This document shows positions 46,790 through 58,892 of a stretch of 63,680 nucleotides of DNA, piece by piece. The stretch lies in NCBI RefSeq assembly GCF_001194135.2, contig NC_068983.1, positions 98,510,142 to 98,573,821 of the forward strand, in the 5' to 3' direction. The position numbers were made by a program, and so were the translations under genes. The stretch's first letter is position 1. Each line of letters begins with the position of its first letter. The stretch comes from Octopus bimaculoides (taxonomy: Eukaryota). Below the pieces are notes generated by a model. That model made no database searches, was not told where the DNA came from, and saw nothing but the letters and a program-made list of their open reading frames with translations.

Positions 46790-47010
46790 ATAACTTCTCT
46801 CAAAAAATGAACGGTAACGAACAGACTTTCTCTTTTTACAACGCTTGCAATGCCATAATTTTCCATCAGTAACGTCACCACGTGTAGTAAGGCCACACGG
46901 TGAATTACAATTTTCATAGGTGTACATGTTCATAATTAGTCGATGCCGTGCCAACCACTGAAGAATGTTGTCTCCAGCTTTTCCTAATTGAATGATAGTC
47001 CACGATTCCT
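46790..47010 (-). mobile_element. Merlin (IS1016/ISXO2-related) transposase N-terminal fragment
   Basis: ILQWLARHRLI...C..PCGLTTRGDVTDGKLWHCKRCKKRKSVRYRSFFERS fits the Merlin-type zinc-ribbon pattern DG..WRC..C....SIR..SFF. Confidence 0.65.
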
Positions 47011-47129
47011 TTAAGATTGGTTCATCCCTTTGCTTCTTTTACTACTTATCTCCCCTTTAATTTTATTTACTTTTTCAATCTACACAAACTGAACAATTTT
47101 TTAAAATGTTGCCTTGACATCCCGTATTA

Positions 47130-47345
47130 TTTTGTTTTCAAATTTTGGCACAAGACCAGCAATTTCGTGTAGGGGGTAAGACGATTGTGTCGACTCCAGT
47201 ACTCAACTGGTACTTATTTTATCGACCTCGAAAGGACAAAAGACAAAGTCGATCTTGGCAGAATTTGAATTTAGAACTTGAGGACGGACGAAATGTCGCT
47301 TAGCATTTCGCCCGGTGTGCTAACGATTCTGCCAGCTTGCTGCCT
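47130..47345 (-). mobile_element. SINE family B
   Basis: Reverse complement of the full B consensus, CpGs retained. Confidence 0.85.
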
Positions 47346-47414
47346 TACATCCCATATTATATTGATGAATTGATTTACGTGCAAATAGTCTTTTAAAGGC
47401 AATCAACATGTCAG

Positions 47415-47446
<32 letters not shown>

Positions 47447-47555
47447 AGTTTCATTAATTTTTTGACTAGTAGTGAGGGACATTGGCCAAAAAAATCAACA
47501 CCCCCACCTCTACGATTCAATAAATTTAATATTAGCAAAACGGAATATTCTAGAG

Positions 47556-47851
47556 CAGGCAAGTTAAACTCGCGGCCCTTTTCAAACACAAGTGTGACCC
47601 ACGAGTGGCGTAGCTAAAAGTTTAAAGATGGGGACCCCCACCTCAATTTTTCAATAATCAAAATAATAATTTAATCAATAAAATTAGGTTTATTCATGAG
47701 CAAATAAAAGGTTTTAAAAGATTTTTACTTACTAAAGAATTGATATGACAGAAATCTTTGTTGCAAATGTGTTTTTAGAAATATGTGGCCTCCATAGCAA
47801 CATGTATGTGAGCAATGTGGCCCATAGAAACTCTGTAGTTTGACATACCTG
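47556..47851. mobile_element. hAT (Charlie-like) MITE
   Basis: Imperfect TIR caggcaagttaaact / agtttgacatacctg; flanks ttctagag / tcctaggg (6/8 match, NTCTAGAN-type site). Confidence 0.65.
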
Positions 47852-50428
47852 TCCTAGGGTGAGAAAGGCTTGTGATATTGTTTGTGATATTTATTTATTT
47901 ATGTGTTTCAGCCAAGTGGCTGCGGTCATGCTGGTGCACCACCGTGAAACCAGTTAGAAACCAATTCATCTTCAGCGTTTGAAACCCTATCAGTTCAGCA
48001 GCAAGAAATGGCTGCAGCATAAATATGGCGACGATCATTATCAGCCCATATCTCGACCAATCGCTGCTCTGGCACATTTGTGTGGTGTTAAAATTAATCG
48101 AAAATTCTATGTAGCTTCGCACCAAATCATGATTATAAACGAAGATGCTCTGGAAATACATCACAGATGATTCAAGAGGACTAGTAGAGATTATATTAGT
48201 TAGCCGGCAGTTTTGTCACTTTGACCTCGGGTAAAAAATCTCTCGCTAAGCACGAAAGAATAACATTTTCTCCTCTCGCCAAACATACATTCTCGTATTC
48301 AGCATAAAAGATTTTTTGTAAAATAACAATTATAATATCAGTCTAAATAATCCAGCTCCCAGCTAACTACATCAATATTTTGATATGATTAGTGTGTATT
48401 TGTGTGCTGTTGAGATTAACTGCATTGCTCCTATCCAATTGAAGGGTCATTGTTAATGAAAACTGTACGCTATGTAGAAGGTTAAGAATGAATTCGACCA
48501 GCTAGAAATTAGTAGCTAGATTTTCCCAAGGTACTTCGGGTATCAGACAAAGGAAATGTATTAAAAATTGAAATTCAAGTAACTTTGGCGTACGACACCA
48601 GAGAGAACATTGCCAGTAGATGTGACGATGTAGGATGTGTCTTAACTATGATAGAACACAGACAGATCATTAACTTTCACAATAAAAGTTAACTCCTATA
48701 GATAAACTCTATTAAAAACAGATTCCAGACAAATTTATGCTGTTAATGCCACCATGACTATTAAACACGAATGTTTTGTCCTATTCTAAAATATTCCACT
48801 ACTTACCATAGGCACAATAGATCTGAAATAATTAGAGCAATTCATTAACATTTGCTAATAGCTGTATTGTTCTGGAGCTTATATTATGACAACCTCTAAC
48901 AGCAGAAACATTAGAGTACTGGAGAATTAAATGCTTTGTGGTATTTAGTAACGCTGTTTTACGTTCTAAAATGATATCCCACCGGAGTCAGATATGCCTT
49001 TCATCTGTCAGAGTAGAGAAAAAGCGTTTCAAGTCAAACATTGGGTTTGATTAAATTAACTATACCTCTCCTCTAAAGTTTGTTGCTTTGTGTGCGAGTT
49101 AGACATTGTTATTAATTCACCCTCTACTTCCTAGTGAATCTAGACACAACGTTACCAAATTATGAATTACTATACATATCATTTGGTGATATTTCACCCC
49201 ACAAAACAATGGCAGATATCAAATATTGTTTAAATAAGCAACGAGAGAAAATGAATCCGCAGTCTGTATGCTCGTATATTGTTCGCTACGGAGTAAATTA
49301 GGTTATAATTACGATCATGGCTTTAAATATTGATTTCTTTCCATGAGAACACAACCAAATTTCATAAGGGAGGGAACATAGTTGATTAAACCTACCACAT
49401 TGTATTGCTGTTACATTATTTTATTTGAACACCGGAGGATGGAAGACGAAGGCGAAACTGGAAAGAAACAACAAAAATAATCCCAATCAAATATTTCTTT
49501 CATTTCATTTAATACAAAGGTTTCATACTTTGCAAGAAGGCGAAAGGAAAATGTATTGATCCTTTCTTTCACTATTTTATACCGTGATTGCTGAACAATG
49601 CTGCCGTTGGCTACAGTTTTACAATGGGCTGACCACTGTTCATTGCATTTCTGACAGTGAGAAGAGGGTAGCTGCAATTCGGTGTGTAACAACTATCGTT
49701 AGGTTTTTTTTCCTCTCTCGGATTTTATGCCTTTACGCCGATGTTTATAATCGACGATACACACACACACACACACACATATATGATTCAACTACGGTAG
49801 TAGTTGAATAATATTCTTAATTTACTCACACGCAGCATCTTTCAGAGCTTGTCACTAATTCAGTTATTAACCAAATTGAAAACTGCTAACATTTTTGAAG
49901 AGGACTGGTCCCTAGCTATATTTTGGCATAAGAAAATTGAGATTTGATCCAGTAGAAAAAAGTTTACATCAAAATTTGTAGCAACGTTATAGGACAGTAA
50001 GTAACGCCACCAATCAAGTTTCGATCTAAATAACTTTTTTTTATTTTAAAAGCAAAATATATACCTTAGGTTCAATGATAGAAGAAAGCATTAAGAATTT
50101 CATAGTTTTGTTCCCAGGCAACAAAAATTTGTATCAAAACAGTTGTGAGGTAAAATATCATTAAAAAAAAATATAAGGCAAAATATTGGATTTAAGTATA
50201 ATTAACTTTTTTATTTTAAAGCCAAACTATATTTTACATAAGCTTAAATGATAGAGCTCAGTTCGAGGAATTTCATGGTATCAATCTCATGCAATGAAGT
50301 TTTAAAAGAAAAAAGTTGTGAGTGTTTGTTTCTCAAATTTGTCGTTGAGGTAAGGAAAAAATTATCAACGACACTGCTAATTAACACATTATTAATTAGC
50401 ATAATAGCATAGCCTAGAAAAACATGGA

Positions 50429-51076
50429 TTACATAGAAAAATGCGAGCAAGAGAAATAATATTTTTAACATTATAAACCTGGAAAATTACAGGACAAGTT
50501 ATTATACTTGGAAAAGTTCAGGACAACTTATTACATCTGGTAAAGAACAGAACAAGAAAATTTTTACTTAAAATATTGCAGCTAAGGATAAAATTTGAAT
50601 ATTAAAAATTATTTGATTTTAATTTACAGGGTAACATTATAATTAAAAAGGTACCACCATTTTATTAAAATATTGACACACTAGAATACTTAAAAAATGA
50701 GAGCCAGAAGTACTTATATAGCTAATGTTTTATGCAAAGTAGAATAGTATATATGGTAGGCAGATTCATTATGTANNNNNNNNNNATTTTGAGTTATTTT
50801 TTAAATTTTTAATAAAAGTAACAAGTAAGAACAAATAGAAGTAATAACCTGTAATAAAATTTTTAGCCTTAATAAAAGCTAATATTTTCTAAATCTAAAT
50901 ATTTTATTCGAAATTTTATCCTTAGCTGCTATTCTTTAAGTAAAAATTTTCTTGTTCTGTACTTTACCAGATGTAATGAGTTGTCCTGAACTTTTTCAAG
51001 TGTAATAACTTGTCCTGTAATTTTCCAGGTTTATAATCTTAAGAATATTAGTTCTCTTGCTTGCATTTTTCCATGT

Positions 51077-51078
<2 letters not shown>
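50429..51078. repeat. AT-rich inverted repeat, arms about 190 bp (50429-50619, 50891-51078)
   Basis: aaacctggaaaattacaggacaagttatta..ggacaact.attacatctggtaaag.acagaacaagaaaatttttactta and its reverse complement. Confidence 0.85.
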
Positions 51079-51124
<46 letters not shown>

Positions 51125-51544
51125 AGTCAGTAAAAGGTGGGGTGAGTCCAGAACTCCAATTAAAGAGTATAAAACCCACAGAATTATCTTCGATTACACA
51201 CACTTCCTGTTTTGACACCACACTTCCTGCTTAACACAAACTTTCAGCCCCCTTTTTTAAAAACAAAACACAACTCTCAATTTCATGCATCCTAATCTTT
51301 CTAACTATTATCTACATGGATTACCATTGAACTTTAAAAGCTCAAAGACAATATAATGTATTGGTATAGTTATTTTTTTTTATATATATTATTTTTTATT
51401 ATTTTTTTGTAAAAGACATTTTCATTCTCCCTCTTCTTGAAAATTTGCCATTCAATGAAAGCCGGTTAGAAATCCTTTTTACACATCTATATTAAAATAT
51501 GCTTTCAGTTTAGCATTCTGCCTTATTATTATTTTTCATTTTCC

Positions 51545-51575
<31 letters not shown>

Positions 51576-51852
51576 GAGGTGGGCACTGTGCTTAGGAAGT
51601 TTGCTTTGTAACTGGGGTGTACTGAGTTCGATTGCATTGTGCAACACCTTCAACAATTGTCTTCTAATAGTCTCAGGTGGACCAATAACTTGTGGGTAAA
51701 ATTTAGTAGATCGAATCTAAGCAAATGCTGTGTGTGTGTGTGTTTTCGTAACTTAGCAGTTTTACAAATAGTAATTGTGTTTGTTGTTTCCCAATCAATC
51801 CATACTATAATACTTTAGCGAGATGAGAGTTACATAATTGGTAGGGCAGAGG

Positions 51853-52517
51853 CAGTGGCGGCTCGTAGATAAAATTAATGGGGATGCTGCTTCAGAAAAC
51901 TTTTAGCCATTTTAATATTGTGTAAAAGGAAACAAACATAAAAATAATATTTATACATAAACTTGATCGGTTCCCATTTTAGCCACTGCCGGGTAGTGTG
52001 TTTAATTTGTTCACTGAGCACCGCCGGGAATTCCCCCTTGTTTTTCAAGAATCCCCCCTAAATTACGAAATAAGGGGTGGGAGGAAATCTGCCCTATTTT
52101 TCAAATTCTGACAGCAACACTGAAGCTGGAAGCAGGATAATAATCTAATTCTACATTGAATTCACATTCAAGAATATAAACATGTTTTTAAGCAAAACAC
52201 ACGAGATCAGCACTGCTTGAACGACAGTGCTGCCTCTCCCTAGTGTGAAGCTTCCGATCTAGGGCATGTGAACATGCACACCACAGCCAAACACAGCGTC
52301 GCTGGAACTGTAAAGCACACAGTTCTATACAAGGAATTTTGCATTTTTTCATAAACTAGGGGATGGCTACTGACATTAAGCTCAAGGATTATGTAATGTA
52401 CAAGTATAAAGAAAGAATTAAAGGAAAAAGGACTCATTATATTGAATGCTATCGATAATATCGAGTGGAAATAGGGGGTGCTGCAGTTCCGCAGTGCCGA
52501 TATACGAGCTGCCACTA
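51853..52517. mobile_element. Non-autonomous hAT element (665 bp)
   Basis: TIR cagtggcggctcgta / tacgagctgccacta; 8-bp TSD ggcagagg / ggcagaag (7/8 match). Confidence 0.8.
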
Positions 52518-52789
52518 GGCAGAAGTGTAGAAACGAATTACCGCTACATTGTTAATCATTACTTCAGTTCTAACACCTTCACGAAACATACAAAAGACGG
52601 AGACCCTTTCCTTTCCCTTTTAAACAATGATAAAATAAAGACATAATTGCATAAACTAAATCTGATGCCAGATACTAATCTCCCCAGGACCATCTCTCGA
52701 AACGTTACAGTGAAGTGCATATTAACAGGTAACTTCACTGCGGAGAATGCAGTGTTTGATCATGAAGAAAAAAAAAAAGTGAAAATATA

Positions 52790-53001
52790 CAGGGTGTCCA
52801 CAAAGTCTGGGTACATAGGGATTAACACATACTTTAAGAAATTATTATTTCTTACATTTAATTGTTTATGTTATGATTTTATTTACTCTATGTACCCACG
52901 TGGGGATTAACACATACTTTAAAAAATTATTATTTCTTATATTTAATTGTTTATGTTATGATCTTATTTACTCCATGTACCCAGACTTTGTGGACACCCT
53001 G
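52790..53001. mobile_element. Tc1/mariner MITE (212 bp)
   Basis: Perfect 27-bp TIR cagggtgtccacaaagtctgggtacat; TA on both sides; interior is a tandem duplication of about 85 bp. Confidence 0.92.
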
Positions 53002-53087
53002 TAGTTATGTATCAATCGGTCAGGTACATGCCAGGTGTTTGATTTAGTTTTTCCTCATTTGTTTATTTGTGTTATTATTAGAGTTAA

Positions 53088-54110
53088 GAAAGGCGGCGAA
53101 CTAGTAGAACTGTTAGCACGCAGGGCAAAATGCTTAGCGGAATTTCGTCCGTCTTTACATACTGAGCTAAAATTCAGCCGAGATTGACTTTGCCTTTTAT
53201 CTTTTTGAGGTAGATAAAATAAATAGCATAGCCTGAACAGGATAAACTATCCCTATTTTGCAGAGAAAAGTGCAGGTGGCTCTCTGCAAAATAGGGATAG
53301 TTTATCCTGTTTAGGCTATATTATTAGCATTATTCTGCGATTGAGAATTTAAAAATCACTTCGTTTGTTTATTTACGTTTGTCGTAATTTGAATTTAAAA
53401 TAAATAGCAATTAAGTGCTGGAGTTGATGTAATAGACTTACCCATCCTCTCAAAAACTGCAGGCCCTGTACCAAATTAGGTGGCGAGCTGGAAGAATCGC
53501 TAGTACATCAGGCAAAATGTTTAGCGGCATTCCATTCATCTTTACGTTCTGAATTAAAATTCAGCTGAGGTCAACTTTGCCGTTCATCCTTTCTGGGTCG
53601 ATAAAATAAATAGCAGTCAAGTTCTGGAGTCGATGTAATCAACTCACCTCTCCCCTGAAATAAGGCGACGAGCTGGAAGAATCCTAGCAAACTGGGCAAA
53701 ATGCTTAGCGGAATTTCGTCCATTTTTACATACTGAGCTAAAATTCAGCTGAGGTCGACTTTACTTTTCATCCTTTCGGGGTCGATAAAATAAGTACCAG
53801 TCAAGTACTGAAGTCGGTGTCATTGACTTATCCATCTCCTCAGAAACAGCTGGCCCTGTGCCAAAATTTGTAAAGGTTATTAGAGTTAAGAGTAAGGCAG
53901 CGAGCTGGAAGAATCGTTAATACACCTTACAATATTCTTTCCTGCTCTTTACATTCTGAGTTTATACCTCGCTAAGGTCAACTTTACTTTTCATCCTTCA
54001 GAGTCAATATAATCAACAAACCCACCTCGTCTAAAATTTCTGGCCTTGTGCCAAAATTTGAGACAATTGTTATTAGAAGAAAGGTGGAGAGCTGGCAGAA
54101 TCACACGAGA
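53088..54110 (+). mobile_element. Head-to-tail array of at least five SINE family B copies
   Basis: ggcggcga/ggcgacgagctgg.agaa heads at about 53091, 53480, 53663, 53896 and 54085, all on the plus strand. Confidence 0.85.
53228..53319. other. 39-bp near-perfect hairpin with a 14-nt loop, inserted in a SINE B copy
   Basis: atagcctgaacaggataaactatccctattttgcagaga / tctctgcaaaatagggatagtttatcctgtttaggctat (one G-U pair). Confidence 0.95.
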
Positions 54111-54289
54111 GTGATAAACAAGTGCCACCGCAATGACTGACTATGGTAATTCGAACAAGCATATTCAAATTTCAGTCTTGCTGGATTTTAAATTTGTCCA
54201 CCAACACAAACCACACCCATACAACGACACAAAATTAATATGAAAGCCTTCCTCTTCGGGAAATTACTCTTGTAACTTATGCATTTAGG

Positions 54290-54907
54290 TGCAGGCATGT
54301 CTGTGTGAAAAGAAGTTTGCTTCTCAACCACATGGTCCCGGGTTCAGTCCCACTATGTGGCACATTGGGAAAGTGTTTTCTACTATAGCTTCAGGCCGAC
54401 CAAAGACTTGTACGTAGATTTGGTAGACGAAGCTGAAAGAAGCCCATTGTATATGTGTGTATGTGTCCTTATGTCTGTCCCCCCCCCCACACACATACAC
54501 ACACCAACACCGCTTGCTGACTGGTGTTTACATTCCTGTAACTTAGCGGTTCGGCAAAAGTCAAAAGTGACCGATAGAATAAGTTCCAAGCTTAAGAAGA
54601 AAATAAGCACTGGGGTCAGTTAGTTCGACTAAAATTCCTGAGGCCATGACTGAGACAAAAGATAAGAAGAAAGACCTTTTACTTGTTTCAGTCATTGGAC
54701 GGCGGCCAAGTTGGGACACCGCCTCGCAGGGTTTAGTCGAAAATATTGATCCCAGTACTTATTTTTTTAAAAGTCTGCTACATATTCTATCAGTCTCTTC
54801 TGCTGACCTGCTAAATTATGGGGACAAGAACAAACCAAAATCGATTGTCTAGCAGCAGTGGAAGACAAACATAATACACACACACATATACATGTGTGTG
54901 TGTGTTT

Positions 54908-54943
<36 letters not shown>

Positions 54944-55317
54944 NNNNNNNNNNNNNNNNNNNNNNNNNNNNNNNNNNNNNNNNNNNNNNNNNNNNNNNNN
55001 NNNNNNNNNNNNNNNNNNNNNNNNNNNNNNNNNNNNNNNNNNNNNNNNNNNNNNNNNNNNNNNNNNNNNNNNNNNNNNNNNNNNAAAGATAAGAAGAAAG
55101 ACCTTTTACTTGTTTCAGTCATTGGACGGCGGCCAAGTTGGGACACCGCCTCGCAGGGTTTAGTCGAAAATATTGATCCCAGTACTTATTTTTTTAAAAG
55201 TCTGCTACATATTCTATCAGTCTCTTCTGCTGACCTGCTAAATTATGGGGACAAGAACAAACCAAAATCGATTGTCTAGCAGCAGTGGAAGACAAACATA
55301 ATACACACACACATATA
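54290..55317. mobile_element. SINE A (+, 54290-54640) and SINE A tail (-, 54668-54890, repeated at 55095-55317 across a gap)
   Basis: Family A motifs; the second copy is identical and is probably an assembly duplicate. Confidence 0.75.
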
Positions 55318-55360
55318 CATGTGTGTGTGTGTTTACGTGTGTGTGTGTGTGTGTGTGTTT

Positions 55361-55397
<37 letters not shown>

Positions 55398-55519
55398 TGG
55401 GAATATGGAAAAAATATTAATGATTGAGTAACATCCCCATTTACCTCTTCATATTTCAAGTTGATTAAAAAAAGAATTCTCTGTGCATTATATATATTGT
55501 TTCTAATTTAGGTATTGGG

Positions 55520-55712
55520 GAGACAGCGAGCTGGCAGAAACGTTAGCACGCCTGGCGAAATATTTAGCGGTATTTNNNNNNNNNNGAGGTCGACTTTGCC
55601 TTTCATCCTTTCGAGATTGATAAAATAAGTACCAGCTGAGTACTGTGGTCGTTGTAATCAACTTATCTTCTGCCTCGAAATTGCTGGCCTTGTGCCAAAA
55701 TTTGAAACCAAT
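55520..55712 (+). mobile_element. SINE family B
   Basis: gagctggcagaaacgttagcacgcc head; gaggtcgactttgcctttcatcctttcg. Confidence 0.85.
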
Positions 55713-56727
55713 TTAGGGCCAGGGCATAAAGTAGAGGGAAGGTGTTGGTCTACCACCCTTCCACCTTTAACACATCAACTCGTTGGTACGTAAACAACGT
55801 ATTTTTCATGCAGATAGTGTCAATAGTATTAAAAATTCAATAATGTCCACTTTACAACTAATGAAAAATACCGGACATTTTCTTCAATGTAGTAACGATG
55901 GTTGTCACTCCTAGTGTTTGTTTAATCTAGTGGGAAAGTAATGCTTTGAATATTTCATTTTGTTGCAAAAAATAAACAAAAAAAAAAAACAACTGCTTTC
56001 TATGAAGTTTCTAGTTCGTTTGTTTTTAGAGTTTTATTTCTGTTTTATTGTCTTTCATTTAATATTAAATCATTTCCTCTGTATTTTTTAAATTTTTTTT
56101 TTATTTTGGTTTTTGAATTTTTCTTCCTCAACATGATGAATTCATTACAGGAAAATTTCTAAGAATAAGAAAAAAAAAATGAAAAAAAATTTGAAGTAAA
56201 GAAAAATAAACAAAAAATAATATAAAGCTATTTCCTTTTATTGATAAAATAAAGGACTTAAATACATTNNNNNNNNNNNNNNNNNNNNNNNNNNNNNNNN
56301 NNNNNNNNNNNNNNNNNNNNNNNNNNNNNNNNNNNNNNNNNNNNNNNNNNNNNNNNNNNNNNNNNNNNNNNNNNNNNNNNNNNNNNNNNNNNNNNNNNNN
56401 NNNNNNNNNNNNNNNNNNNNNNNNNNNNNNNNNNNNNNNNNNNNNNNNNNNNNNNNNNNNNNNNNNNNNNNNNNNNNNNNNNNNNNNNNNNNNNNNNNNN
56501 NNNNNNNNNNNNNNNNNNNNNNNNNNNNNNNNNNNNNNNNNNNNNNNNNNNNNNNNNNNNNNNNNNNNNNNNNNNNNNNNNNNNNNTTACGAGAAAGTTA
56601 TGGAATTTGTAAGAACCCACCCATTCAGGAACAATAAGCAATTAATTTATGTAACAAGGATATCCCGTCATATAAATAAAATACGCATTTAAATGACCTT
56701 CGATATCATATAACTCAAACCTACTTT

Positions 56728-56746
56728 GTGTTGCTGCTGCTGCTGC

Positions 56747-56807
<61 letters not shown>

Positions 56808-56829
56808 GGTGGTGGTGGTGGTGGTGGTA
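56728..56829. repeat. Compound trinucleotide repeat (CTG)n(TTG)n(GTG)n
   Basis: Direct reading. Confidence 0.95.
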
Positions 56830-57707
56830 GAAGACTGCGTTTTAATTAAATTTATGAAATCTACTGAATTAAACGATTCCAGCAATAGAAATAAGTTCCA
56901 ATTCGTAGTCGTTCCAACGGCTAATAATAGCAGCCAAATATCCTTTAAATCACACTGTCATTATTTCAAGTAGTAAGTAGGACGCGTCTCGTTATTTGGG
57001 CAACTACTTGAGTCATACAACTGTTAGATCAAGACGAACCTCGAACTACACAACACTAACTATACTATGATGTAGTAGCTGGACCTGCTATAAATAGCCA
57101 CCAAATGTCCCTTGACATACCCTACTATTAATTTTTTTAAGTAGGATTCATTAGATAAATGTGGTACGAGGTACACCGAATGTGAGAAACCAACAACTAA
57201 TCAGAAGTTTCGTTTATTCTTTTGTTGGATATTAAAATAGTTGTTTTCAAGACGATGCAAAAGAACGCAGAAATGCATGCATCATACGATCCAATAACGC
57301 CATTCCTGGTTCAATGTATTTTCACTCTTGCCGTCCAGGAGAAGAATTTTCTCCTAAGACTATTTACGCAGTGGAAGGTCTTGCCATGTCCTAGTGTGCT
57401 CGAACGTGTTAAATACGATTTTACACGAATAAATTACATTCAATGCTACTTTGAGCGACTTCATCTAATTTCAATTATATTGATAGATTTACGCGCTTAT
57501 GCATGTTTCCCAGATATGTACGTATACATCCCTCGATAGGGTTTCAATTGCCAGTTAATTTTATTGATTGGAATGTCTTTATGCATTGACCTCCTCAGTT
57601 AGAGCTGATTTGGGATTAAACTACTACTCATGATTTCTTTTTGCTTCCTCTTAATATTCTACTGCCTGTTTATCATCATCATCATCATTTGCAGTATTAG
57701 CACTAGT

Positions 57708-57851
57708 AAGGCAGCAAACTGGCAGAATCGTTAGCACGCTGGGCGAAGTGCTTAGTGCTATTTCGTTTGTCATCACATTCTGGATTCAAATGCCGCTAGT
57801 GTGTAATCGACTAGTCTCCTCCCCTAAAATTTCAGGTCTGTAGTAGAAAGG

Positions 57852-57906
<55 letters not shown>
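57708..57906 (+). mobile_element. Internally deleted SINE B with (ATT)n tail
   Basis: aaggcagcaaactggcagaatcgttagcacgctgggcgaa head; ccctaaaatttcaggt..agtagaaaggattattatt. Confidence 0.8.
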
Positions 57907-57908
<2 letters not shown>

Positions 57909-58681
57909 AGCAGCACTTTTTCAGTGGAGGAATGTTTATTTGATTCGAAAAATATGTAAAAATTCAGAAATCATTGTCATATTGGTGAGCTTGTATTGAT
58001 TTGAATCCTAACCATAAGTTGCTAAGTTAGGCATCATGAATGAGCAACCACAGTTTCATGTGATTGATCTTTAAGTCAACCAACCAACGTGAAACTGTGG
58101 CGTGATATGGCTTCTCAGATGTTCTAGAATTTACCTTCTTTTCACTCCATAAAAATCGTTTGGCGCCTAGCTCACCAGGCAATCGACCTTGGGCATTGAA
58201 GCAGACGGCTTCGGACTTTTGGTGCAGACGATTTCTGGTACTCGGACAGACAGCTATAAGGTGCAGTTTCTCTCCTCCCAGTCGACAATTATATTTTTAG
58301 CATCCTTCGTTGTAAATAGCCAACACAAAATATCATGTCCGGTAATAAATACTGAAAGTCTGTGAATTTGCATCAGTTATTATTGACGCAGTCAATGCAT
58401 CCTACATTGCTACAGTACAACACCAACAAGCACACTACATCACTGGTGACAAAGCCATCCATTGCAACAATGGCGACTCAGACGTTCACAATATATCATC
58501 ATTGACTACCTCGACACAAACTACCAAGCAACACGACAAGCTCATGAAATAGAATTATAAAATGAAGTATGACTACCATATTAGATAAAACAACTTTTTC
58601 AACAAAGCTACACCCTATACATTGAATGTTTACTCTATTTTACCACATGGAAGACACACTTTTTGAAGTAGTAGTAGTAGT

Positions 58682-58892
58682 CCTTTCTACTATAAGCACA
58701 AAGCCTGAAATTTGGGGAAGGAGATAGACGATTACATCGACCCCAGTACTCAGCTGGTACTTATTTTATCGACCTCGAAGGGATGAAAAGCAAAGTCGAT
58801 CTCAGCCGTATTCGAACTCAGAACATAAAGACAGACGAAATGCCGCCAAGCATTTTGTCTGGTTTGCTAACGATTCTGCCAGCTTGCCGCCT
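58682..58892 (-). mobile_element. SINE family B
   Basis: Reverse complement of the B consensus, CpGs retained. Confidence 0.85.

Noticed and set aside
49411-49692. 93-aa ORF with an HCxxC...HC pattern
   Set aside because: Non-ATG start, no recognisable domain, no splice support.
51425-51475. ttgaaaa...gaaagccggt hammerhead-like string
   Set aside because: Core and stems are inconsistent.
54658-55370. Identical direct duplication of about 285 bp on both sides of gap 54944-55084
   Set aside because: 100% identity flanking an N-gap and ending in a microsatellite is typical of a scaffolding or haplotype artefact.
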